A stretch of 64,000 bases of DNA from Pseudomonadota bacterium (GTDB taxonomy: Bacteria; Pseudomonadota; Alphaproteobacteria; Rhodobacterales; Rhodobacteraceae): the NCBI GenBank assembly GCA_039198225.1, contig JBCCTQ010000005.1, positions 59,829 to 123,828 of the forward strand, in the 5' to 3' direction. This document shows positions 54,306 through 62,423 of this stretch, piece after piece. The translations under genes were made by a program, and so were the position numbers. The notes beneath the pieces were generated by a model. It was not told where the DNA came from. It searched no databases and saw only the letters and a list, made by a program, of their open reading frames with translations. Every line of letters begins with the position of its first letter. Within the stretch, counting starts at the first letter, position 1.

Positions 54306-54611
54306 TCACCAGCGCTTGGTTTTGCAATTATGGGTGTGGACATGTCCACCTTCGGGAATGTCGGCGATGATCTTTCCGATGTCCTCACCGTATTTGATGG
54401 CCGTATCGCCATCCGCTAGATCCTTCAGCGCGATTTTGTGGCCAATGGGCACATCTGCACCGGCCGTGAGACGAAAGGTGGAGTTGTCGTGGGTTATGCA
54501 GCACAGCATATCGGTTCCCGCCGTCAGTCCCTCGACCACGACGACACCGACATTATCGGCCGCTTCGTGCACCAAAAGGTGCGGAATTTCGTTTGGTGCG
54601 GGGTTTGACAT
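54306..54611 (-). CDS. suyA: UxaA-family SAF-domain small subunit, SuyA-like
   Basis: 101 aa with a GGAGAAG RBS and a SAF pattern (DNVGVVV ... [24 protein letters not shown]). Confidence 0.8.
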   Translation of the reverse strand: MSNPAPNEIPHLLVHEAADNVGVVVVEGLTAGTDMLCCITHDNSTFRLTAGADVPIGHKIALKDLADGDTAIKYGEDIGKIIADIPEGGHVHTHNCKTKRW

Positions 54612-54628
54612 TTACTTCTCCGGATTTG

Positions 54629-55600
54629 TCAGGGCTTTAGGATAACCTTGGGCGCAGGGACTTGACCCGCGCGAATGTCGCTAAAGGCGGCGGCGCCGTC
54701 GGCAAGGGCGCGGGTTTCCACCCAATCTAGCCCGCCGAGCCTACCATCGAACATTGCCGCGCAGGTATCGCGAAAGTCTTGGGCGGTATAGGTGTAGGTC
54801 CCGATCACAGTGATCTCTTGAAGCGTCATTCGGCGGATATCAATTCCTGCCGCACCTCCGCCCAAGCCAATATGGAGGATCGCCCCGCCCGGATGCACCG
54901 CAGCGCTCGCCGCGGCCCGGGTCGTGTCGTTCCCGACCGCATCAACCACAATGTCGAAAATCTCGTCGTACGACTCCTCAGGTGCCACCACGCGATAATC
55001 CGCATTGCGCGCGATGAATGCCCGGCGAAGCGGGTTCGGATCGGTCAACGTTACCTTATTGATCCCTTGGGCAATGAGGCTCAGGGCAGCAGCCACGCCG
55101 ATTGCGCCGCCACCGATGACCAAAGCCGTGTCTTGCAGGTCATCCGGCACCGCCTGGAGCCCCAGGCGCACCGCGTGCCAACTCACGGCAATAGGCTCTG
55201 CCAGGGCCGCCTTTTCGAGCGTCAGGTCATCCGGCACTTCGACGAGGTTTTTTTCTGGCATTGCCAGCGCTTCGGCGAATGCGCCTTCCCGTGGTGGCAT
55301 GGAGATGATCTGGCGCGTGTTACAGAGATTGTCGCGACCCGACGCGCAAGATCGGCAAGTGCCGCAGGTCACGAGCGGGTTGATCGTCACGCGGCGCCCA
55401 TCGGTGGTTCGTCCCGCTCCCTCATGGCCGAGGATCAGCGGCGACGGCCGGCGGTCGTCATGGCCGAGATAGGCGTGCATATCGGACCCACAGATGCCGA
55501 CGCTGTCTATGAAGACGAGAACGTCATCCCTCTCTTGTCGTGGGTCCGGAACCTCGCGGTAATCGAGCGTTTCTGCCCCGGTGTAAACGAGCGCTTTCAT
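54629..55600 (-). CDS. hpsP: Zn-dependent medium-chain alcohol dehydrogenase, HpsP-like by context
   Basis: ATG 55600 in an ATGA overlap with the upstream SDR gene. It begins MKALVYTG and contains GICGSDMH, a GHEGAG zinc motif and the GGGAIGVAA Rossmann motif. Confidence 0.8.
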   Translation of the reverse strand: MKALVYTGAETLDYREVPDPRQERDDVLVFIDSVGICGSDMHAYLGHDDRRPSPLILGHEGAGRTTDGRRVTINPLVTCGTCRSCASGRDNLCNTRQIISMPPREGAFAEALAMPEKNLVEVPDDLTLEKAALAEPIAVSWHAVRLGLQAVPDDLQDTALVIGGGAIGVAAALSLIAQGINKVTLTDPNPLRRAFIARNADYRVVAPEESYDEIFDIVVDAVGNDTTRAAASAAVHPGGAILHIGLGGGAAGIDIRRMTLQEITVIGTYTYTAQDFRDTCAAMFDGRLGGLDWVETRALADGAAAFSDIRAGQVPAPKVILKP

Positions 55601-56340
55601 TTCGCGGTGAAGCCCCCGTCGACCATCAGGACTTGCCCGGTCACGTAGCGGCAGGCCTCGGAGCAAAAGAAAAGCAGTGGACCGTCGATGTCTTCGGGCT
55701 CCCCGTTCCGACCAATGCAGGTTTGAGCGGCGTTGCGCGCGGCGCGTTCAGGGTCAGAAAACACTGCCGCTGTGAGTTCCGTGCGAAAAAACCCTGGCCC
55801 GATGGCGTTGACGTTGATCCCATCCCGCGACCAGGCTTCCGCCATGGCGCGGGTCAGTTGACCGATGCCGCCTTTGGATGCGCCATAGGCGAGACCTCCG
55901 GGGAAGGCGCGGCTTGTTTGCAAAGACGCAAAAGTGACTATCCGCCCCCAGCCCCGGGCTTTCATCTCGGGTGCGAAATGCTGGGAAAGAAAGAAGGGTG
56001 TTGCGAGGTTGAGCCCGAGCGTGATGTCCCAACCGTCCGGCGTCACCTCATCGGCGCTCTCCCGGGTATTAATCCCCGCGGCATGAACCAGAATGTCGGG
56101 CGCGCCAAAGGGCTCGGCCGCCGCTTGGGCCAATTCGGCGAGCTTGTCTCGATCCGCGAGATCCCAGGACAGGGCCGCCACGCCTTCAAGTTCGGCCAAT
56201 GCCTCTTCTCGACGTGCCACGCCAATCACCTTTGCGCCAGCCTCCACCAAGACCTCGGCCGCGCGACGGCCGAGGCCCGAGCTTGCGCCCGTCACGAGCG
56301 CCACATGGCCGCTGAGATCTGGGGTGCTGAGCGAGTGCAT
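55597..56340 (-). CDS. hpsO: Short-chain dehydrogenase/reductase, HpsO-like by context
   Basis: 247 aa with TGASSGLG, NAAG-like HAAGI and a YGASK catalytic motif. Confidence 0.85.
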   Translation of the reverse strand: MHSLSTPDLSGHVALVTGASSGLGRRAAEVLVEAGAKVIGVARREEALAELEGVAALSWDLADRDKLAELAQAAAEPFGAPDILVHAAGINTRESADEVTPDGWDITLGLNLATPFFLSQHFAPEMKARGWGRIVTFASLQTSRAFPGGLAYGASKGGIGQLTRAMAEAWSRDGINVNAIGPGFFRTELTAAVFSDPERAARNAAQTCIGRNGEPEDIDGPLLFFCSEACRYVTGQVLMVDGGFTAK

Positions 56341-56343
56341 AGG

Positions 56344-57651
56344 TCAGTCTTCGGCGCTCAGATCGAAGTTTTCCCCAGGGAAGAACTTGGCGAGGCGAAT
56401 ATCGGCCGTGCGGGCATGGGCCTCCATCCCTTCGAGCCGTGAGATCCGCGCCGTGGCCTCGGCGATAGGTTTCATTGCGTCCGCATTAGAGCGCTGCCAG
56501 GTCACGATCTTCATGTATTTGTGGACGCTCAGCCCGCCCGTATAGGTCGCCGAACGCGAGGTCGGGAGCACGTGATTGGTGCCCGAGGCTTTGTCGCCAA
56601 ATGCCACGGTGGTTTCTTCACCCAGAAAGAGGGATCCGTAGCAGGTTAGGGTGTCGAGCCACCAATCGAGGTCATTGGCCATAACGGTCAGGTGCTCGGG
56701 CGCGTATTCGTCCGAGGTTGTGGCCATCTCCGCACGATCGGCGCAGAGGATCACTTCGGCATAGTCGCGCCACGCGGCGGTTGCGTTGTCGCGGTTAACC
56801 TCGGGCAAATCTTCGATCAGGACCGGGACGAGGCGCATGACCTCTTCGGCGAGCGACCGGTCATCGGTGACCAGCCAGACGGGCGAATTGTAGCCATGCT
56901 CGGCCTGACCCACGAGGTCGGTGGCCACCACCATCGGATCGGCGCGTTTATCTGCCAGGATCAGACTGTCGGTGGGTCCAGCAATCATGTCGATGCCGAC
57001 GCGGCCGAAGAGAATGCGTTTCGCCTCGGCCACAAATTGGTTGCCCGGCCCAACGAGGATGTTTGCCTTGGGCAAACCGAACAGCCCGAAGGTCATGGCG
57101 GCCACGCCTTGGACGCCACCCATGGCCATGATCTTGTCCGCCCCACAGATATGGGCGGCATAGACAATCGCGGGAGCGATGCCCACGTCCGGGCGCGGCG
57201 GAGAGCACGCCACGATATGTTTGCACCCCGCCACTTTGGCCGTCGTGACCGTCATAATCGCGCTCGCGATGTGGCTGTAGCGGCCACCCGGGACGTAGCA
57301 GCCGGCGGCTTCAACCGGGATCATCTTTTGCCCGGCGGTCATGCCGGGAACGACCTCAACGGAGATGTCGCTCATGGAGGCTTTCTGAGCTTCAGCGAAA
57401 CGTTTGACGTTGCCGTGGGCGAAGGCGATATCGCGCTTCAGCTTTTCGGGCACCACGGCAATGGCGGCATCGATTTCTTCCGATGTGAGGAGGACGTTGC
57501 CCGCGTATTTGTCGAACTTCGCGGCATATTCCAGCGCCTTGGCGTCGCCACCTTCTTCGATGTCTTTCAGAATGCCCTGGACGGTGTCGAAGACGTCTGA
57601 GGCGCCGCTCCGCGCGGTCAAGGTGGCTTTCTTTAGGTACTCACGGGTCAT
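56344..57651 (-). CDS. hpsN: Histidinol-dehydrogenase-family enzyme, probable sulfopropanediol 3-dehydrogenase (HpsN)
   Basis: ATG 57651 (MTREYLKKATL...), 435 aa, HisD-family sequence. It is embedded between a TRAP system and the SDR/ADH/suyAB genes rather than among his genes. Confidence 0.75.
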   Translation of the reverse strand: MTREYLKKATLTARSGASDVFDTVQGILKDIEEGGDAKALEYAAKFDKYAGNVLLTSEEIDAAIAVVPEKLKRDIAFAHGNVKRFAEAQKASMSDISVEVVPGMTAGQKMIPVEAAGCYVPGGRYSHIASAIMTVTTAKVAGCKHIVACSPPRPDVGIAPAIVYAAHICGADKIMAMGGVQGVAAMTFGLFGLPKANILVGPGNQFVAEAKRILFGRVGIDMIAGPTDSLILADKRADPMVVATDLVGQAEHGYNSPVWLVTDDRSLAEEVMRLVPVLIEDLPEVNRDNATAAWRDYAEVILCADRAEMATTSDEYAPEHLTVMANDLDWWLDTLTCYGSLFLGEETTVAFGDKASGTNHVLPTSRSATYTGGLSVHKYMKIVTWQRSNADAMKPIAEATARISRLEGMEAHARTADIRLAKFFPGENFDLSAED

Positions 57652-57661
57652 GGTTGCGGTC

Positions 57662-58993
57662 CTATCGATAAACGTCGGGCAGAAGCGACGTGGAAAAGGC
57701 GGGAATGTAGGCAATCATCAGTGTCACAATCAACATGAAGAAGACAAATGGGATTGCGCGGTATGCGATCTTTAGGATCGATTCCCCGGTAATTCCCGAC
57801 ACGACAAATAGATTGAGCCCCAATGGCGGGGTGATGAAACCCACGCCGAGTGCTGTGATCATCATGATACAGAACTGGATCTGGTTCATCTCGATCTCTT
57901 GGGCGAGCGGAAAGAGGATGGGTGCGAGGATGACGATGTTTGGCGTTGTCTCCATGACGCATCCCGCCACGATTAGGATCAGGACCATCATGGCAATGAG
58001 AACATATTCGTTGGTGCTGAGGGACGTTAGAGCACCGACGAAACCTTGCGGTACGCCGATGATGGCGAGGGCTTCGGCCAGTGGGATCGAGAACGCAATG
58101 ATCGGCAAGATCACCCCGTTCACCTTCGCTGAGCTGACGAGCATGGCGGGAAAATCCGAAAGGCGAAGCGTGCCGAGGATGAAACCGATGGCGATTGTGA
58201 CGACAACGGCCACTGCGCCGGCCTCGGTCGGTGTAAGCCGTCCAGAGAATATGCCGTAGAAAATGATCCCGGGCACGAGGAACGCGTACCAACCTGACTT
58301 GATCGTTTTCCATAGGTTGCCTCGCCATTCCGCCGCGCTCATGATGCCGCCCCCTTCCCAAAGGTTTAGGCGGTTCATCACAACGTTAGTGATTAAGATC
58401 GAAATGAGGATCAATAGCCCCGGTATGAGAGCGGCGAGAAAGAGCGTCGAGACGGCGATGCCAAGCACGAGGCCGATGATGATGTAAGCGATGGAGGGCG
58501 GGATGAGGATGCCGGTACATGCGCCTGCCGCGACGAGCGCGCAGGCGTAAGGACGCGGGTAGCCGCTTTCGACCAGTCTATCGATCGTCATCCGACCAAC
58601 CGCTGCGGCGCCGGCCGCGTCCGAGCCCGAGATGGCTGCGAACATACCGCAAACAAGGACCGTGGCCGAGCCAAAACCGCCCTTGGCCCAGCATGTGAGC
58701 GCTTCCGCGACATCGAGGAATTTTCGACTGAGCCCGGTTCGGACCAACACGTCGCCCGTCAGAATAAAGAGCGGCACGGCGGTCAGTGCAAACGCATCAA
58801 TGCCAGAGAAGAGCTTCTCTCCCAAAAGGCTCAGGGGCAGGGCCCCCGACATCACCAGCATCAGCACCGTCGCCGATCCGATGGCCGCCCAGACCGGAAC
58901 GGCGAGGGCGACGAGCACCACAAAGAGAATGACCGACGCGTAGAAATCCCATCCGAGTTCCAGCGTTTGCTGGCCCATTTGCTGCCACATCAT
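57662..58993 (-). CDS. hpsM: TRAP transporter large permease (DctM family), HpsM-like by context
   Basis: 443-aa polytopic DctM-type sequence. Confidence 0.9.
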   Translation of the reverse strand: MMWQQMGQQTLELGWDFYASVILFVVLVALAVPVWAAIGSATVLMLVMSGALPLSLLGEKLFSGIDAFALTAVPLFILTGDVLVRTGLSRKFLDVAEALTCWAKGGFGSATVLVCGMFAAISGSDAAGAAAVGRMTIDRLVESGYPRPYACALVAAGACTGILIPPSIAYIIIGLVLGIAVSTLFLAALIPGLLILISILITNVVMNRLNLWEGGGIMSAAEWRGNLWKTIKSGWYAFLVPGIIFYGIFSGRLTPTEAGAVAVVVTIAIGFILGTLRLSDFPAMLVSSAKVNGVILPIIAFSIPLAEALAIIGVPQGFVGALTSLSTNEYVLIAMMVLILIVAGCVMETTPNIVILAPILFPLAQEIEMNQIQFCIMMITALGVGFITPPLGLNLFVVSGITGESILKIAYRAIPFVFFMLIVTLMIAYIPAFSTSLLPDVYR

Positions 58994-59006
58994 GGTCCCG
59001 GCCCCC

Positions 59007-59522
59007 TTAGTCGAACAGCTTGTCGCCTTCGTAGACGGGGCGTCCGTTACGAAGGTCGGAGAGGTCGCGCAGAAAGGACTGGGTCAGCCGGAATAAGACC
59101 AGTGTGAACCCGAACGGCACGGCAAAGAGGAAGAAGTACCGCCCGATCCGCAAGCCATCCGTGACCGAGTTGAATTTCCAAGACACGTGGAGCGCTTCCC
59201 AAGACCAATAGATCGCGATCAGTGCGACGACGAACATCACGAGGTCGCCCAATATATAGAGAAGTGTCTTCACAGCCGGAGGCACGTAATGCATGAGGAC
59301 ATCAATGCGAATATGACCGCGCTCTTTGACGGCTGCGGCGGCTCCGATCCAGGCGAGATAGATAAAGGAATATCGGACGATCTCTTCGCCCCAGATCGAG
59401 GAATATGCAAAAACTTCGCGCCGGACGACCTCGATAAACATCGTGCCCACCAGCATTACGTAGAACACCAAAAGCAGCCATCGCTCGGCGTTTTCATCGA
59501 TGGCTCGGTAGAGCTGTGACAT
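59007..59522 (-). CDS. hpsL: TRAP transporter small permease (DctQ family), HpsL-like by context
   Basis: 171 aa, 4 TM, with a GGAGGAGA RBS. Confidence 0.88.
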   Translation of the reverse strand: MSQLYRAIDENAERWLLLVFYVMLVGTMFIEVVRREVFAYSSIWGEEIVRYSFIYLAWIGAAAAVKERGHIRIDVLMHYVPPAVKTLLYILGDLVMFVVALIAIYWSWEALHVSWKFNSVTDGLRIGRYFFLFAVPFGFTLVLFRLTQSFLRDLSDLRNGRPVYEGDKLFD

Positions 59523-59623
59523 GGGAAGTCTCCTCCGTCCGCATTTATGCGTCCGGTTTTGTCCATTCTGTTTGGCTTAGGCCCAGGCCGGGCCGGCACG
59601 ACAGGCGCCGACCCGGAAGGCGA

Positions 59624-60769
59624 TCAGGCGTCGTGGACGTAGTACCGCGCAGGCGTGGCCGCCGCCTCTTCGAGCTTGGCGAAGGTGTCCATCGACCCTG
59701 CAAGGTCAACTTTGAACTGGTCCCATTCGCTCCGCTGGAAGCCGCCAGCATCCTGCCATTCCGCCAGTTGATCGCTGGAGAGGGAGTGGAATTCCACCCC
59801 ATTCGCGATCAGTTTCGACATGGCATAGGAGCGCGCGGACGGCACTTTCGCCAGGTTTTGCTGCTGGGTCACTTCGCCGGCAAATTCAATGCCTTCTTTG
59901 ACGTCCATCGACAGGCTGTCGAACCATTCGGCGTTGACAGAATAAACTTGGCTGTCGGGCACGGCCTGGGTGAATGTTACGTGGCTCAGGATCTCGCCGA
60001 AACCGAAGACATGGAGCGCGCCCACTGAAGGATCGAGCGCGTCTGCCACGCCCTGGCGGATGGCAGACGGAGTCTCACCCCAAGCTACTGGTGTTGGGTT
60101 CGCGCCAACGAGGCCGTAATATTGCTGAAGCATCTTCGAGCCCGGCACGCGAAATTTCACGCCTGACATGTCACCCGGGGTGATGATCGCATTGCCGCCC
60201 TGACGGACCGCAACGACGCGGGGATCGATCACGATATACATCAGCGCCTTAAAGCCCGATGCCGCGATCTTCGGATCCACTTCTGCTTTCCAAGTCGCCG
60301 ACGACGTGAGGTTGGTGAAACGCTGATTGGAGCCACAAAAGTAGGGCAGGTTGATCAGGTCAACCACGCTTGCAAACGGCGCGAAGTTTGACAGTGAGTG
60401 CTGCGCGGCTTGGATCGTGCCGCCCTGCACCGCCTGCGCGAGCGCACCGCCAGCGCCCAATTGACCCCCTGGCGCGAGCTTCACATAGACTTTGCCATTC
60501 GTCATGTTCTGGATGTTCTCTTTCAGATCCAGCTGCATGATCGGATAGCTGCGCGATGCGCCCAACACATAAGCCGTGGCCAGTGTCATCGTAACCTCCG
60601 CGGCGGCCTCACGGTCGCGCTCCTCTGCGGCCGTCTGGGCAGAAGCTTCGCTTGACCACAACGTTCCGGCAGCCCCGGCAACCACGGCGGCAGTGAACGC
60701 GCCGGTGCCGGAGAGTTTTAGGAAATTGCGGCGCTCGGCTGAGGCCAGCTCCTCTTTGTTCTTGTCCAT
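59624..60769 (-). CDS. hpsK: TRAP transporter substrate-binding protein (DctP family) with Tat-type signal, HpsK-like by context
   Basis: Preferred start is ATG 60769 (MDKNKEELASAERRNFLKLSG...), preceded by AAGGGAGGA. ATG 60790 is also possible. Confidence 0.88.
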   Translation of the reverse strand: MDKNKEELASAERRNFLKLSGTGAFTAAVVAGAAGTLWSSEASAQTAAEERDREAAAEVTMTLATAYVLGASRSYPIMQLDLKENIQNMTNGKVYVKLAPGGQLGAGGALAQAVQGGTIQAAQHSLSNFAPFASVVDLINLPYFCGSNQRFTNLTSSATWKAEVDPKIAASGFKALMYIVIDPRVVAVRQGGNAIITPGDMSGVKFRVPGSKMLQQYYGLVGANPTPVAWGETPSAIRQGVADALDPSVGALHVFGFGEILSHVTFTQAVPDSQVYSVNAEWFDSLSMDVKEGIEFAGEVTQQQNLAKVPSARSYAMSKLIANGVEFHSLSSDQLAEWQDAGGFQRSEWDQFKVDLAGSMDTFAKLEEAAATPARYYVHDA

Positions 60770-60790
60770 ACTTGTTCCTCCCTTGGACAT

Positions 60791-60982
60791 TTATTCGTTT
60801 GGATTTTGCTTTGCTTTTTCGCGCGCTTCGCTTCGTAGGATGCCGACCGAAAAGGCTATGGCGGCGCTAAAAAGGACCAGCATCTCGGCGACGATGCCCA
60901 CGGGCGCCGATTGGCCGACGGCCCCGATGGCAACGTTCGCGACGAACAAGACCAACAGCACTGCGGCGATCACATAAGGCAT
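60791..60982 (-). CDS. Small two-TM membrane protein (63 aa) immediately upstream of the TRAP SBP gene
   Basis: ATG 60982 with a GGGGGAGA RBS. The product is MPYVIAAVLLVLFVANVAIGAVGQSAPVGIVAEMLVLFSAAIAFSVGILRSEAREKAKQNPNE. Its stop abuts the next gene. Confidence 0.45.
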   Translation of the reverse strand: MPYVIAAVLLVLFVANVAIGAVGQSAPVGIVAEMLVLFSAAIAFSVGILRSEAREKAKQNPNE

Positions 60983-61027
60983 TCGTCTCCCCCGGGACTC
61001 CCCCCTTCCCGGACGAGTCAACCGCTA

Positions 61028-61043
61028 ATGTAAGCGCTTACAT
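61028..61043. promoter_or_regulatory. LacI-family operator, perfect 16-bp palindrome ATGTAAGCGCTTACAT
   Basis: Read directly. It matches the generic LacI/PurR/CcpA operator architecture TGnAAnCGnTTnCA and lies between the divergent lacI-like gene and the hps operon. Confidence 0.6.
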
Positions 61044-61050
61044 AAAGCCG

Positions 61051-61064
61051 TGCAAGCGCTTACA
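61051..61064. promoter_or_regulatory. Second LacI-type operator, TGCAAGCGCTTACA (one mismatch from the palindrome)
   Basis: Read directly, 23 bp centre-to-centre from the first site. Confidence 0.45.
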
Positions 61065-61140
61065 TTGACCCGAGCGACAATGGCGTACACCGTGCGCTTG
61101 GGCGTACAATTTGAAGGCCCCGGTCGAAAAACGAGAAGCA

Positions 61141-62169
61141 ATGGAACAGGTCACTAGCGAGAGTACAGTTCCAACACTTGCGGACGTCGCTGCGCGGGCG
61201 GGCGTTTCGACGGCTACTGTGTCACGCTGCCTGAATTCCCCCGATCAAGTGGTGCCCGACACGCGCGACCGGGTCCTCAAAGCTGTCCGAGACTTGGGCT
61301 ATGCGCCGAATTTCGGCGCGCAGGCTCTGGCGGCCAAGCAGACCAACACTGTCGGTGCGGTTATCCCGACGATGGAGAACGCGGTTTTCGCGCGCGGACT
61401 TCAAGCGTTTCAAGAAGAACTCGGTCGCCACGGCAAGACGCTCCTCGTCGCATCCTCAGCCTATAATCAGACTTTGGAGGACGAACAGGTCCGCGCGCTG
61501 GTTGCCAGGGGGGCCGACGCCTTGCTCCTCATCGGTTACGACCGAAGCCCAGACCTTTATGCCTTCTTGACGAAGCGGCAGGTGCCGACGCTCGTGGCCT
61601 GGTCTTTTGCTGCCGACCAGGATCACCCGGCCATCGGCTTTAACAATCAACGGGGAATGGCGGAACTCGCGCGGCTTGTTTTGGCGCGCGGCCATCGCCA
61701 GTTAGGCTGCATATCTGCTCCTACCATTACCAATGACCGCGCCAGGGGCCGCGTGCAGGGCATCCGAGATGTTATGGCCGAGTCTGGCTACGATAGAGAT
61801 GCATTGCTCTTGGTCGAAACGCCTTACGGCATTGAGAACGGCGAAGCCGCATTTCGCCAGGTGATGGCCGCCGCGCCAGAGACGACCGCCGTCATGTGCG
61901 TCAACGATGTTCTGGCCATCGGCGCGCTTCGCGCCGCGAAGGAAATGGGCCTTCGGGTGCCTGAGGACGTCTCGGTTACCGGCTTTGATGACATCGAGAT
62001 CGCAATGCTGGCGGAACCTTCTCTAACAACGGTTCATGTACCCCACCGAGAAATGGGCCGCCGAGCGGCGAGCATGCTTATTCAAATGCTGCAAACACCC
62101 GGTACGGGGCAGCGCATCGAATTGCCAACGGATATTAGGCTCCGCCGCTCGCTTGGAGCTGCAAAATAG
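61141..62169 (+). CDS. LacI-family transcriptional regulator
   Basis: ATG 61141. The HTH is PTLADVAARAGVSTATVSRCLN, followed by a periplasmic-binding-protein-like effector domain. The TTG extension in the track is rejected. Confidence 0.92.
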   Translation: MEQVTSESTVPTLADVAARAGVSTATVSRCLNSPDQVVPDTRDRVLKAVRDLGYAPNFGAQALAAKQTNTVGAVIPTMENAVFARGLQAFQEELGRHGKTLLVASSAYNQTLEDEQVRALVARGADALLLIGYDRSPDLYAFLTKRQVPTLVAWSFAADQDHPAIGFNNQRGMAELARLVLARGHRQLGCISAPTITNDRARGRVQGIRDVMAESGYDRDALLLVETPYGIENGEAAFRQVMAAAPETTAVMCVNDVLAIGALRAAKEMGLRVPEDVSVTGFDDIEIAMLAEPSLTTVHVPHREMGRRAASMLIQMLQTPGTGQRIELPTDIRLRRSLGAAK

Positions 62170-62423
62170 ATCCCAATCGTCGCTCGGTCCGAAGACTCAA
62201 ATGATTTCGCTGCGCGAGACGACCCTCACATCAAGCCCATTGTGTTTGTGCTGCAAGCCTGTCGCACCTCCAAACCCGACGGCAGCTAGCTTCGAACCAA
62301 AAACACCCCACCAGGTTCCCAGACCGGTACGACAAGAATCCGCAGCGTTGTCTCAAAAATTCAAAGGAATTTAAGAAACTCTGATCACACCGGTCTGCGA
62401 TTTAAGGCCAAGGAATCACGCCC

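Noticed and set aside
54779-58361. Long alternative-frame ORFs (54779-55648, 55540-56442, 56692-57600, 57648-58361).
   Set aside because: They are antisense to, or out of frame with, the Zn-ADH, SDR, HisD-family and DctM genes, all of which carry diagnostic motifs.
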